NCBI GenBank assembly: GCA_013265495.1
Contig: MU061804.1
Coordinates: 2,878,263 to 2,942,262, forward strand
DNA: 64,000 nt
Direction of reading: 5' to 3'
Source: Vicugna vicugna
Lineage: Eukaryota
Made by a program: the position numbers and the translations under genes
Shown here: piece by piece, positions 23,531-35,961 of the stretch
How the letters are laid out: the number at the start of each line of letters is the position of its first letter
How positions within the stretch are numbered: the stretch's first letter is position 1
Notes under the pieces: model-generated
Databases searched by the model: none
What the model was told of the DNA's origin: nothing
The model's input: only the letters and a program-made list of their open reading frames with translations

Positions 23531-25586
23531 CTTCCCTTGTGGAGAGGAAGTCCTACGTGGGCCTCTCCTGGGGGCGAACAAGGGCCTGGGCCGCACAGCT
23601 ACCAGGCGAGTCAATACGATAATGTTCACGTTTACGCCGGCGCTTAGTTTTGCTTTGTGAGACATTTAATTAGGGGCTTTCCATCATAATTCGGAAACAA
23701 ACAGTTTTTCACTGTCGCTGTGCATTTGCTCAGTAGCAAGGGCTGTGGGATCACAGAGACCAACCAGCGGTGCCGTCTGGCCCCCAGTCCAACTGCTTCA
23801 CCTTCGAGTCCCTCCAAATAAACGTCTGCGGCCCAGCTGCACGCCCCGACTCTAAGTTTAAAGGCCGTTCCGCTCGAAATGAAGCCTCGGTGCCTCCTCA
23901 GTCTACACGCTCGCTCTTGTTGCAGCTCAGCAGTGAAAAAATGCTCATTTGTTCAGTGAGACCATTAGAGCTCAGAAGATCCAGGAGGATGTTCGACCAA
24001 GTCAGACGTACAGGGATCCACCTGTTAGCATAGGCGGCCGCCATTCTCTAATCTTTGGCTCTAAATTCTTACTTCCAGTGACCCTGTGCTGCCGAGTGTC
24101 TTATTAACCAGACGGCTCTACAGGCGGTCTCTCGGCGTACCTGCGGCGAGACGGCAGTGAACACTCACATGGCTCCCGGGCACCATGAGACCTCACAGCG
24201 TCTTCCGGTCCTTCAAGAGTAGCCCCGCTCACGCGCACGGCGGCTGATGCCCTGGGCGGGCTGCGCCGTGTTCCAGTTACCCGCTAGCAAGGAGCCCCCG
24301 ACGGCGTGTGGGGAACGCTCGGCTCCTCAGTCCAACTGTGGGTCCCGGGAAGCCCCCCTCCCCGCCTGTGCTGTGCTGCAGAAACTTGTGCGGTGAGGTT
24401 TTCACCAAAAAGGAAGAAAAGTGGAAGAAGTGGGAAAATGGGCCAAAAGCCCTGCCGTTCGGAGCACAGCGGGGGAGAGAGATTTGTAGACTGATGTGTG
24501 AGGATGACTAAGGCTTGTGGGATGTCTTGACATGGAAATGCTCTGAAAATAAGAGCATCAGACTTGAAATTCCAGGGCGGGACTCTAACCCGGAATCTGG
24601 TGTTACCTGAGATGGGCGATGGCCTGTTTCCTTCCTTGCAAAGGGGATGCTGGGTCCTGAATGACCAAGCGGGCTGAGGTAGGGGACCGCCAGCTGGGCC
24701 TCTGGGCCCCGCACCACCAGCACAGGGCTGCCTCTTGGACAAGAAGAGGCAGTCTTCCTTCTTAAAGCGATTCTCGGATTAAAAAAAAAACAAAGAAAGA
24801 GCTTAGAAAGAACAGCAGGAAAAAAAGCCCAGGCCCCAGCTGGAGCTGTGGTTTCTGCTCTTTGCAACATTCCTCTTTATACAAACTCTCCGGACACCTT
24901 GCTTCCCCTCCACGGGCCCTGGCCTGTGCTGATGAAGGAGGGATTAGGCCTCTCTGCAAAACTACGGCAAAAGTAAGTGAGCAATCACACGAGGCCAGGG
25001 CGCGTGCGACCCATCCCGGGCAGTCAGGCTCCCACACAGGAGGGGCTGGGGCCGGGCTGGGGTCTCCTGGTCCTCTCTGACTTCATCCTCACAGCTTGAG
25101 CGGCTCACCTGCCTGCTAGGGCGTCAGCCTGCTCACTGCGTGGACAAAGATGCTAATGATTATCCACCAGATGAAAAGTCCAAAGGGCATCTCCTTTGGT
25201 GACTAAGCCTGAGGCCACCCAACCTCGGCTGACACTTCTAGAGATGCTGGTGAATCCCAGCGGGCGCCCCAGGTCGGAGAGAAGGACAGGAGCTCCTGAG
25301 CGGGGCACACGGTCTCTGTGCCGCGGGTGTTGGCTCTGCCACGTGTCCCTGTGGGGTCTGCCCGCCCCTCCTCGTTCCCTCTCTATTCCCTGAGCTGTGA
25401 GGTGAGCTCTGATATGGAAGCCTCTCCCCACCTTCCATCACTTCAGTTGCCTTTCTCTGAGCTTGAGCCTCTTGGAAGACAGATTTGTTGCAATTCAAAA
25501 GATTACTCCTCTCTGACTTTAAATAACAAGAGCTGTCAATTTGGAGCAAGGGCTGGATTTCAGCTCAGGATGCGCAGCTGTTGTGA

Positions 25587-25621
25587 TGTGTGTGTGTGTC
25601 TCTGTGTGTCTGTGTCTGTGT

Positions 25622-25652
<31 letters not shown>
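25587..25652. repeat. Compound (TG)n/(TGTC) microsatellite
   Basis: Read directly. Confidence 0.92.
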
Positions 25653-25775
25653 AATATCTACTTTATTTGCTGGGAGAAAAAAGCACTTAGCCAGGATAGT
25701 GCTGCTGTCTCTCCAGACCCAGAACAAAAAACTTTCTCAGCACGTTAACGCATGCAGTTAGGCTAAGAAAAAGAA

Positions 25776-25907
25776 NNNNNNNNNNNNNNNNNNNNNNNNN
25801 NNNNNNNNNNNNNNNNNNNNNNNNNNNNNNNNNNNNNNNNNNNNNNNNNNNNNNNNNNNNNNNNNNNNNNNNNNNNNNNNNNNNNNNNNNNNNNNNNNNN
25901 NNNNNNN
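25776..25907. other. Assembly gap (132 N) in a CRACR2A intron
   Basis: N run read directly. Confidence 0.99.
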
Positions 25908-27584
25908 AATCAAACTGCTATTTTTTGCTGCGTGCCTCACATCACTCCCAGCGACACAGACCACAGAGCGCGAGCCGGCCAGGGCTGGGGGTGGGGAGGG
26001 AAGCGGGCCTGGCCCCTCTCAGCTGCAGAACTGCTTTGCTTGGAGACTGAGGCCAGAAGGGCTGAAGAGAGATGAAGGCCTCTTTCCCAGAAGTGGATTT
26101 CGACCTGGGCCATGGACAAGGACAGAGCAGAGCACAGTGGCAAAGCCCACGTCCCAGCTGCTGGACAAGCCGTGTGTCCTCGACAAGTCCCTTCTCTCTG
26201 CAGCTCAGGACTTCCCATCTATGAAGCAAGAGCCTCGGTGAGATTAATCTGCACATTTTCCCCCAGCTCAGAGTCACTGGTCTTGCTGGTTAAGGACGCC
26301 AGTCAGATTCCACTCCCTTGACGTGCAGACCTAAGAGGACAGCGCTCACAGTTCAGGTTAACGCGCGGGGACCGCAGACACTGCAGACCAACAAGCTGGG
26401 TTTGGGAGAAATACCAGCCCATCAGGCTGGGACCAGTCCTATGATCTCCACCTGATGCAGGCCCCAAAGTCTTCAGACGTCCAGTACGTCTCACGATGTG
26501 AACATGGGGTCCTCAGAGCCTGAGCAACTTCTCCTGCAGACTGGACTGGTTAAACCCACGCAGGGGTGGTGAGCAGGTCCGGCAGGGCCGGGAATGCTAA
26601 AGGCTTTGATTTGCTGTGAGTGTACAGGAAAGACGAAATGGCAGGAGCATCTTCACCGAGCGTGTCTGGGCCCAGCGTGGGCTTCTTCTGCCGGAGGCCT
26701 GCAGGCCAGGCAGAGGCACCGAGCTGGGAAGAGGCCCGGGAGAGGGCAGGACACGCCCGCCTCATAACACAGAGCAGCTGCCTGCGTCTCTTGCGCCCAA
26801 GGAGTTTGGTTCCCTGTGGGCTGGAAAGATCCTCTAGGGCCCTCTCATCCACATGCACTCCAGCTCCATACTGGACCCCCTGAGAGTCACGTGCCATCCT
26901 CTGTAGAATGTGGGGGCCAGGAGGAAACTTCCAGAGCCTCCAGTCCACTGTTTCACTGAGTGGCTGGCCACGTTTCACAGTCAGGAGGTGGCTGGGCTGG
27001 GACAGTGAGAACTTCCTTTCCAGGGAAGTCCACGCCTCCCCCAGCGCTGTTCCTGCCCCACACACCCTCCTCCAAGAGTCAGTCTTTGCCACATATGATC
27101 GATGGCAATCTCAGCCTTTTCTGCGGTATCGCTTTTCAGGTTGAGGAAAAGGCGGCTGAGAAGAGCTGGTATTCACTTAATACTAAGATTTCAGAAAGCG
27201 GCCCCTCCACCTCTCCTCCTCCAGGTGGGGGAGCTGGGGAAGCGCTTGGAGCGCTAGGGAAACACAAAGTGAGCCACAGACACCAGGTCCCGATGAAACT
27301 AGCTGTCAAGTTTTCATCTCTGATTGCTGGTTGCCAAGGCAGAATGCCTTCGGCGTTTCAAGAATCTTGAGAAGAAGCGGATTTATGATGCCACCGTTCC
27401 ATGCCTTCTACACACACCCCACCGCCTGCCTTAGCCCTCTGCACGTGCCCACGGAACCCCGGGCCGCGGAGCCGGGTCCGTCACACGGAGTCCTCCAGGG
27501 CGCCGGCTGAGCGCCGGGCACGCAGGTCACGCCCAGCCAATTCCCGTCGAAGGAGCACCAGCATCTCTGAAAGTGACTTAGAAT

Positions 27585-27765
27585 CTTGCTTCTCCACGTG
27601 CCTTCCCTGGACCAGCAGCACCGGCTTCACCTGAGAACTTGTCAGAAATGCCACGTCTCAGGCCCCAGCCTGGACCTGCTGGACCAGAATCCGTGTTTCA
27701 ACAAGGTCCCAGCAGCTCCCGGATGCGATTCGACTTGGAGAGGCACTGGCTTAGGCTGGGAACCG
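27585..27765. mobile_element. MER5-type hAT-Charlie MITE
   Basis: ggaccagcagcacc..cacctgagaacttgtcagaaatgc..ctcaggccccagcc..cagaatc..tttcaacaag resembles MER5A/B. Confidence 0.65.
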
Positions 27766-30394
27766 TGGCGGCTGAGACTCAAACAACCTGGCAAACTTTG
27801 GCTCTCGTTTGGATTTCTAGGCCCGGAATCATTCTGCCTGGGCGGGGGGTGGGGAGAGGCCCCGGAATCTGTCCTGCTTGAGCGCGCCAGGGGTGAGCCT
27901 TCCAAGTCTGGAAGCACTATCACTGGACGCGGACCTGCGCCTTTACAGCAGGAGAACTCAAACCACAGGCCACGCAGAAGAGCCCCGCCCCACGCGGATG
28001 CCTCTGAGTTGACCGCAGGCGGACCTCCTGTCTCGGCTTGGCTTCCGTGGACACTCTGGGGGGCGCGGCTGGCAATGCTTTCCAGCCCCACTCCGCGCTG
28101 GAACAGGCCAGGCGGCGGGGCCCGGCCCGGTTCCCTGCGGAACGACTGAACTCACGCTGCCAGCTGTGAGGGCGCCCCTTCTGACAGTTCTTAGCCTCCA
28201 GGTCCACCTCCAAGTTCAACCTGAGGTTCCACTTCTTTGCTAGATTCCCAGGCTCTCTGCGCAAAACAGGGACCTTAGAAACGACAGCCCCCCACTAACG
28301 GCGGAGAGCATATAAATTTGTCTCCATCCGTTCCTGTTAATCCCAGACTATCTGAACTGCCTCGTCCCAGCGCTGGTACACAGCTGTCCCTCCGTGTCTG
28401 CAGGGGATTGGCTCCAGGACCCCCCGGCAGGCACAAAATCCACAGACGTTCAAGGCCTTTATATAAAATGGAGTGGCACGGTTGGCACCCCGCCCCCGCC
28501 CCAAATCCATGTGTTCCGCACCCTCTGGTTCAGTGTGTGCAGAAAGCCCCTCTGTGCTTCTGTCAAAGTTTAGACATAGGCAACCATTAACCATCTGCAG
28601 CTGGGAAAGGAATAGGTGACCTTGAAGAAGTCATGGCCCCAACTTCGTCTAAGAACGAGCTGGCTGTACCACATCAGTGATGTTCAAAGGGAAACACTCT
28701 GGTCTAACAAAATTGTAGCTGGACCTCCGGGGCACAATCGTGAAGAAAGTAGAGGGTTCTGAGGTGGGGGAGGACGGGCCCAGATCTTTGATCACGACCC
28801 TTCCCCGCCCCTCCCTGGCCTGCGGGAAAGGTCAGTCTGATGCCAGGGCTCCTGGGAGGAAAGCTTAAAAAACCACTGAGTTAGGTAATCACTGAAGTCT
28901 CTCCCAGTGCTTAACTTCTGCGAGGAAGGGAAACCGGCTGGTGCCATCAAAAATAATCACGTCACAAATTTAAAGTTTAAACAGGAGTCACTTCCAGAGC
29001 ACCCACCACCTGCCTCCGCTATTAGCTCTGTGCAGAGCCGTTCACTGCATTTCCAAAATGTACGTTTTCTCTATGGTCAGTGTTTCAGATGCAATAGTTT
29101 TGAAAAAATAATTTGTATCACGCAGATTTCCCAGAAACCCCTGAATCTGGCTTCCATCCTTGTTCCTTATTTTTCTTGGTAATGAGAAGGATGTGGATTA
29201 ACAATAGAGAAGGGAGTGGCCCATTCAGTCCAAACTTCCAGAGAAACAGATTTCAGCGCGAGGAAGCGTGACTCTTAGGGCCGAAAGACAAAACAGTGAA
29301 CAACCCCCGTGTTCCGCCTGCACAGCAACACAGCCTCCGTCCATGCAGCCAGCATCTGCTAAGCGCAGCGCCGGGGGCCCAGGTCAGCGCTGGGCTCTGC
29401 GACAGAGCCGCACAAAGCAGCAGAGACCCGGGCAGGTAGCGGCGTGGGTGCAGCACGTGACAGGGTGACAGGAGGGTGAGGGGCGGGGCGGGGCCTATGG
29501 GCTTGAGAGAGATTTTGAACCTAAGCTCCATGGGATGTCCGCTCCTCGAGTCCCCAGACCCCAGAACAGTGCCTGGCAGCGCTTAGAGCAAATGAACACA
29601 CAGAGCAGCGGTCCTGCTGGTGGGAGGAGCTGGGACCTCCTATTTGACTGTGAGCGAAGGAATCAGGGCAGGGCCTGTACGAAACAGTAAGTGGCTTGTC
29701 CGCGCCGCCCTTGGCCTTGAGAAGCCTGCGTCCGAGTGGGCGCGGAGGACACGCAGGCGGTCAGGAGGTGAAGACGAAGCCTGCTGCAAGGACACCGAGA
29801 AAGCAGAGCCTCCCCGAGAGCCCAGCAGTCAGAGAGGAGCCCTGTGTCTCTCGGGCCCTGCCCAGGGTGACTCTGGGGCGAGCCTGGGGTCCTCACACTG
29901 CAGACCAGCCTCCCCTGGCGTGAGGAGTGGTGACCAAGGCCCCCAGACACCGTGAGGTGCCGCTCCTGGGCTGGGCACAGCGGGACCCCCTGGAGCTAGG
30001 AAACTGCAGGGGCAGGGAGAGGTGGTGGTGACTCAGGGTAGCCACAGCGGGGGGAGCCGGCCTTGACACGGGGCGCTCCCTCCCCCAGTCCTCTCCCACT
30101 TTCCACAGCCGGAATGACACCATCATTGGCTTAATCTGTATTTTCCCTGTGTCCCCTCCACCCCTCACCCCAAGGAGGGCAGAGGCGGCATCTCTCACGT
30201 TCACCTTTGGGTCCCCAGTAACCAGCCTGCTGCCGGGCCCTTGGGGAGACAGACGCGCGGACGCCTGAGCAGGTTTGTTCCGGGAGGTGGGGTCTGAGCC
30301 AGGTTTTGAAAGTGCGGGTAGCGGGGGTGAAGGTGGGGCTGCGGGTGGGCGCGGCCCAGGAGGAAGGGCCTCCCGGGGAGGACCACCAGCTCAC

Positions 30395-30509
30395 CTCCAC
30401 GCTGCTCAGCCACTGCCGCACCGACAGGAAGGACTCTCTGGCTGTGAGGTCGTACATGACGATGACGCCGTCGGCCTTTCTGAAGAACTGCCGGGTGATG
30501 CAGCGGTAC
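30395..30509 (-). CDS. CRACR2A: CRACR2A Rab-domain exon (switch II): [38 protein letters not shown]
   Basis: Acceptor cgcag|G, donor GAG|gtgag, 115 nt. Confidence 0.96.
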
Positions 30510-30608
30510 CTGCGCCGAAGGGCGGGTCAGGGCGGGGCCTCCCCTCCGCAGCCGCCCCCGCCCTCTCAGGGAGGGGGGAGGCAGGGCTCCCCGACGATGT
30601 CGCCTCAC

Positions 30609-30690
30609 CTCTCCTGCCCCGCCGTGTCCCACAGCTGCAGGGCCACGTGCGAGTCGTCCACGCACACCGTCTTCACGCGGTAATCGATGC
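30609..30690 (-). CDS. CRACR2A: CRACR2A Rab-domain exon (G2-G3): [26 protein letters not shown](R)
   Basis: Acceptor ccgcag|GC, donor AG|gtgag, 82 nt. WDTAGQE is G3. Confidence 0.96.
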
Positions 30691-30814
30691 CTGCGGGTGG
30701 AGCAGAGCGTCAAGTCCAAGCCAGGAAACCACGCCCCACCGTGTCCTCCCTCCCCGTGTGGCTCCTGACAGGTGATGTGGGCGGGGACAGAGTGCTGGAC
30801 AGGGAGGGCCGGGA

Positions 30815-30965
30815 CCTGAGCTCTGGTCCAGTCTCTGCTACTGCCCAGCTGTGGGACCTTGATCAAATCACCTGACCTCTCTGAACCGCAGGCTTCTCCC
30901 TGCAGTGCAACCCAGACCCTCCTCAGGGGTCAAACGAGACCAGGTGCGTAGAAGCAACCGACGAA
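30815..30965 (+). mobile_element. MIR
   Basis: agctgtgggaccttgatcaaatcacctgacctctctgaacc core. Confidence 0.6.
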
Positions 30966-32728
30966 TGCGAAGAATTGCCACTCATGAATTCACTCCCTCA
31001 TTGTGAAGATGGAGGAGACAGAAACTCTGTCCTCAAATTCCATCCTCCCTCCCTCCCTCCCTCCCTCTTTCCACCCTTCCTTTTCTTATTTCCCTCTAAA
31101 ATCCTATTCAATGTTCCCACAATAAAATTCAAATCTCCCTGGTGGGATGGATCACACTTTCAGACTTCCATCTGTGACCCCACCTGGCGTCATGGACCCT
31201 GGAGAGTGGGCACAGGGCACGGAGACGCACGGTGGGCCCCACAGCAGCCCTCGGAGACGGGATCTAAGTGCAGGTTCTTTGAGAACAGACATTGCGAGGA
31301 CACAGGAAGCCAGCGTCCCACCGAAGAGACAGTGCAGAGTGATGTGGGACCAGAGGGATTTCTGACCTGTTCCAACACTCACGGGGAGCCCTGTCACCGC
31401 GGGTGTGCCGTGCGGTGGGATACGTGGGTCAGGGCTGGGTGATGGACCCCGGGAGGGTGGCGTTCACTTTTCTGGACAGGAGAGGCCCGAGCGGTCATTC
31501 TGAGCAGGAAGGTCTGGGACTGGGGAGTGCCAGCAAGTTGTCAGGGAGGAAAGCTTGTGGGGTTTCTCCACGGAGATGAAGAGAGGAATGGAAACTGGAT
31601 GGGTGCCCCGAAGGGCAGAGGACATCCCGCCAAGGAACGCTTTGGGAAGAAACACCTTGGCTGTGGCTTGTGGTTTTAAGCAGGGGAATGTGAACCCAGG
31701 CGGGGCCTCAGGAGAAGGACGGGACTCGGAGTCCTGGGTTCTAGGGCCTTGGCCTCCAGCAGCCAGTCTTCTCACTGACAAGCCGAGCCCCAGCCTTCTA
31801 CAGGAACCATCACCTGCCGTCTCCAGGACGCCCGCGGGGACGGGCTGGTGCTGAGGTCGGGGAGGCAGGGCGCCCCAGTTCACACTGTTGCATCACAGAA
31901 CCAGATGGCGCACAAGCTGAGGGTGGTGTGCAAGCCCGCGCTCGTGAGGGAGATGGGGGGCCAGGAAGTCCCAGGTGCGGCTGAGCTCTAGGGAGCTGCT
32001 GCGTCCCTGCCGGTGCCGTGTCGACGGGCTGGGGCCGCCGTGCTTGACGGGGTCGGGGTGGGGGAGCTGCGTGGGCTCCAGGAGGCGGCTGGCGTGACGT
32101 CTGCTCGGGACATGCGTGCGGGGAGGCGAACCCCAGCCACCGCTCCAGCTTGCTTTGCACAGCACGGTGAAGGGTGTCCCGGATTTGGAAACTTGGGTAT
32201 TTTTCCCCTTCCTAAACTGTAGGTGTTTCCATAATTGGCCTCCTGGGAAGTGCAAATTAGTCTGATTTTTCTCTTTTTCAGAGCGCTCCATCTCAGGGGC
32301 ACCGGTTGGAAGTGTAAGACCCCGATTCCCTGATTTCACCAACATGAGAGGCACCATAAGTGTGCACTACTGGAGGGACGCCCCCGGGGGCCTGATGTCA
32401 CAGCGTCCCTCCCCCGCCTCCCGCGGGCCTATGCCTGAGCCGTGACCTTGGTGGTCGTTCCTTGGGGACCCCACTGAATGCTCCAGGGAAGGCCAGTCCA
32501 GCTCCATGGCCATTGTCTCCCGTGTCACCACGCTCAGCACACATGGTTTAGCTCCAGCCGTCCATCTCCAGCCACACAAGGCCAGGCTCTTCTGTACTGT
32601 CTTCCCATCAGGGTGCAGTTCTTCATCTTGGGATGCCCCCAGTCTCCGGGTGCATCAGGGCGGAAGGGAGGGGACAGGACAACACTCCAGCTGTGGCGCA
32701 GCCTCGGAAAAGGCTCAGCGGTAAGAAC

Positions 32729-32804
32729 GGGGCGCCTGGAGCCTGCAGGAAGGGGCGCCTGGAGCCTGCAGGGGGAAGGCTGGAGCCTGCAGGGGGAAGG
32801 CTGG
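32729..32804. repeat. Short tandem repeat, core ctggagcctgcagg x3 (period 21-23)
   Basis: Read directly at 32736, 32759 and 32780. Confidence 0.8.
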
Positions 32805-32959
32805 AAGGAAGGTTATGCTGGAGGAAGAGAACGGAGGCCCCCCAGGCAGGGCTCTGGGCAGGAGGTTTGCCTCGTAGGGCCAGGCTGTGAGACAGCCAAG
32901 GGTCACGGCGGTCTGGACGGAGCCCTGGACTTGGAAGCTGTCCTGGGTGACCCGGTTCA

Positions 32960-33070
32960 AATCTCTCATTTTCTTCGGGTGAGGAAGTACTGAAGCCCAA
33001 AGAGGAAACATGTTCTCCCGAGGTCACACGGCTGGTCAGTGGCGGAGCTGAGATGAAGGTCCAGGATTTC
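32960..33070 (-). mobile_element. MIR
   Basis: gtgaggaagtactgaagcccaaagagg...ccgaggtcacacggctggtcagtggcggagctg antisense core. Confidence 0.65.
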
Positions 33071-33254
33071 TGAGGCTCTGTGGAACCTCCCCACCTGTGC
33101 CAACCTCTGCCCACGTCCTGTGGCAGAAAATGGAGGCTGGGCACGCACAGCGCAGTGTTGTCAGGGACACGGTGGACTGGAACAGCAGGGGCGCGTGTGT
33201 GTCAGGGGTGCAGGCCAGGGTCAGCGCCCACCAGTGGAGGGGATCGAGGACCTG

Positions 33255-33370
33255 CCTCTGGACCTCTCTGGGCCTCAGTTTCCCGGTCTGTCCACTGGGC
33301 TAATAGCAGTGCTTGCCTTTCAGGGTTGTCGTGAAGATAGATGACTATAAACCATGGTAAACATTCAGAT
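33255..33370 (+). mobile_element. MIR
   Basis: acctctctgggcctcagtttcc..ctgt...cagggttgtcgtgaagat core. Confidence 0.65.
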
Positions 33371-33771
33371 CAAATCAGCGCACTTGCAGACAGAGTTGAC
33401 TTTGCTGCGTGGTTAAATGGCCCGTAGAAGGCTCTCAGTGGATTTCCTCTTTCTGCTTGAGTGATTTGAGTCAGTAGAAGCTAAGAGGTTGACATGCCCC
33501 TGGGTCTCCCACATATTCCAACACGAGGAGCAGCTCCGGGTGAGGGGGCAAAGGCTCCGATCTCAGTGCAGTGTCACCCAAGATGCTACCGGGAGCACAT
33601 GAAGCCGTGATGGGCTGGTAATAGCAGAGATTAACGGGCTTTGGCAACAGACTCCAGCTGATAGCCAGCAGCGCCGGGGTGGAGTCGGGGACATTTGATG
33701 AGTGAGAGAAGGCACCGAGAGCACTGCCATCCGTCCCACCTGTCTGCACGCATGTGCGTGGGCTCACACAG

Positions 33772-33772
<1 letters not shown>

Positions 33773-33810
<38 letters not shown>
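33773..33810. repeat. (CA)n microsatellite
   Basis: Read directly, about 16 pure repeats. Confidence 0.95.
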
Positions 33811-33811
<1 letters not shown>

Positions 33812-34157
33812 GGGGCAGGGAGGCAGCTGGCCCGCGGGGGAGGCAGGTTGCTGTGGGGGGTGCTGGCCCCGGGGAGAGTGGGACAGGGATGATTCCAGAC
33901 CGATGGGGTCAGAGAGGGGACAAGGGCCAGAAGTCCACCTTTGCCAACTTCAGTTCCCCTCAGGCTGGATGTAGGGAGCATTCGTGGTCCATCCTCCGTG
34001 GGAAGAGCTGAGGGGCCAGCTCCGTGCAGCGGTGGGCCTCCCCCACCAGCCGGGCCCGCAGTCCCTCCCACGGCTCCAAGTCCCTCCCAGGGCCCCCTTC
34101 CCACAGCTGCCCCCTCTGCGAGGTGGGCCAGGGGTCCAGCCTGGGGAGAGAACTCAC

Positions 34158-34290
34158 CTACAGTGGCCGCCGAGCCCGGGGAGAAGCTGCCATCACAGAA
34201 CTGCCCCAGGAAGGACGTCTTCCCTACAGCCGAATTGCCCACGAACACGATCTTGAAGAGCCGGTCTGGGGTGGACGGAGGGCCTTCCTC
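34158..34290 (-). CDS. CRACR2A: CRACR2A Rab-domain exon with P-loop (G1): [44 protein letters not shown](G)
   Basis: Acceptor cccacag|GAG, donor G|gtgag, 133 nt. GNSAVGKT fits GxxxxGK(T). Confidence 0.96.
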
Positions 34291-35822
34291 CTGTGGGAGG
34301 CAGAGAGTCCGGCCACATGCGGGGACTGTCGCCAGCCCCCATGCCTGCCACCCCCACCCTTCACTGTCCCTGCGGTGTCCAGGGAGGCCGCTCTGGCCTC
34401 AGATGCAGGAAACTTCGAGCTCGAGGCCTCGAGTGTCTTCCTAGCATCAGCAGAGGGCAGAGAGGCATCACTCAGCCAACACTGTGGCCCACGTCCTGTG
34501 CTGCAGGCCTATGGGCCTGGTTTGTGGTGGAGGGAGGGAGGCTGGCGGGTGCGGGCCATTCCAAGGGCCCCGGGAGAGCGCGGAGGAGGCAAGGGGCACA
34601 TGCGGCGGGGAGGCTATGAGCTGGGGCTTAAGAGGCAGCAAAGATCTCCTGCAGGGAGCGGAAGGACAAGGTGGGTGTTTGCAGGGAGAAGGGGAGACAG
34701 GAAAAAGAAGGCTTATGTATCTCTCAGGGGCAGAGACATCCCGGTGGGAGTAGGTAGGGCCTCATTTCTGTCCCATGACTGAAAGCCTGGACCAGATGGA
34801 CACACTGCTCTACTGTCCCATTGCACCAGCTCCCCTCTGGGATGCCCGTCTGCCCTGGAAACAAGGCAAGCCAGCCCCCACGCAGCAGCCCGGGAGAGCC
34901 CACGTGCCAGGCTGCAGGGGCAGAGCTTTCCAGAACCGAGTCCTGCTCCTCCTCCTCCGCCCCGCAGCGGGAGGCGCTGGAGCCCAGCGCAGAATGGACT
35001 TGCTCTGGGGTGCTGGGCGAGCGAGAGGCAGTCAGGCCCAGCAGAGGGTCCTTCCCGCCGAACGGCCTTCAGGTCCAGGGAGCTACCTGCCCGCCCCGCC
35101 CAGCACCACCTCGCCAAACGAGGAGGCCCTTAGAGCCCGTTTAGAAGTGGATTTGGGGGAGTTAAGCTCCTCTCATTGAGCAAATAATCTAATGCAGTGG
35201 CAGCAGATATTAGCAGTACTTGAGTTTCAGAGAAAAGCCATTAACAGCCTTTTGGGGTGAAATCAATTCCATGCAGTACTTAGGAGGGAATTCAAGGTCA
35301 ATTACAAGAATTTAAACTCAGTTTAGAAAAAAAAATGCAGAAATGCATTCAGAAATGCAGCCCCAGTTTCTTCACTCTGGCAATGCACAGGAATCACTCC
35401 CTTCCCAGCCTGAGTCTCCGTTTGTTTCAGACCAAAGCTCTGTGCAGCCCTCGGTGCCCCCAGGCCCAAGGATGTTCGGTCCGGGGGCCGTGAAGGCCGG
35501 GGTGGGCGGGATGGTTCTGGCCGCAGGGGCGGGGGCTGACCTCGCTCTGTGCTCCCCCCACCCCCGCCCCGCCCCAGGCAGAGCACTTATCTTGTCAACA
35601 GGAGACAGGATGCGATCAACACAGTGGGGGTTCAGCTTTGGGCAGGACCCACCCCACTGGAGCAGGGAGCCCACTCCAGGCACTTAACCTGGGGGACAAC
35701 CCCCCACGCCCGCCGTGACACTGAGAGAGCCAAACTATGGGGAGGGGGGGCTGGGGAAAGGGTCCCTCCGCCGGCAAGTCAGGGGATCTGTCTTCACCCT
35801 CCTTCCCACTGTTCTTCTTTTT

Positions 35823-35943
35823 AAAAAACAAGTCTATTTATTTATTTACTATTAGTTTTTTAAAATGGAGGTACGGGGGATTGAACCCAAGACCTCCTGC
35901 GTGCTAAGCATGTGCTCTACCACTGAGCTGTACCCTCCCCGCG
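35823..35943 (-). mobile_element. tRNA-Ala-derived SINE (Vic-1 type), sense to CRACR2A
   Basis: Minus strand reads GGGGAGGGTACAGCTCAGTGGTAGAGCACATGCTTAGCACGCAGGAGGTCTTGGGTTCAATCCCCCGTACCTCCA. 14-bp TSD ctgYtcttcttttt at 35809-35822 and 35944-35957, at a TTTTT/AA L1-endonuclease site. Confidence 0.9.
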
Positions 35944-35961
35944 CTGCTCTTCTTTTTAAAA

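Noticed and set aside
25776-25907. Assembly gap hiding a coding exon
   Set aside because: The flanking exons (30395 and 22667) join in frame with no missing Rab residues.
34288-34293. NAGNAG tandem acceptors (CAG GAG here and at PRMT8 3154-3159)
   Set aside because: Distal GAG acceptors are rarely used, and the effect would be a single Glu.
34420-34433. 14-bp palindrome CTCGAGGCCTCGAG
   Set aside because: About four perfect 14-bp palindromes are expected per 64 kb, and it matches no motif I know.
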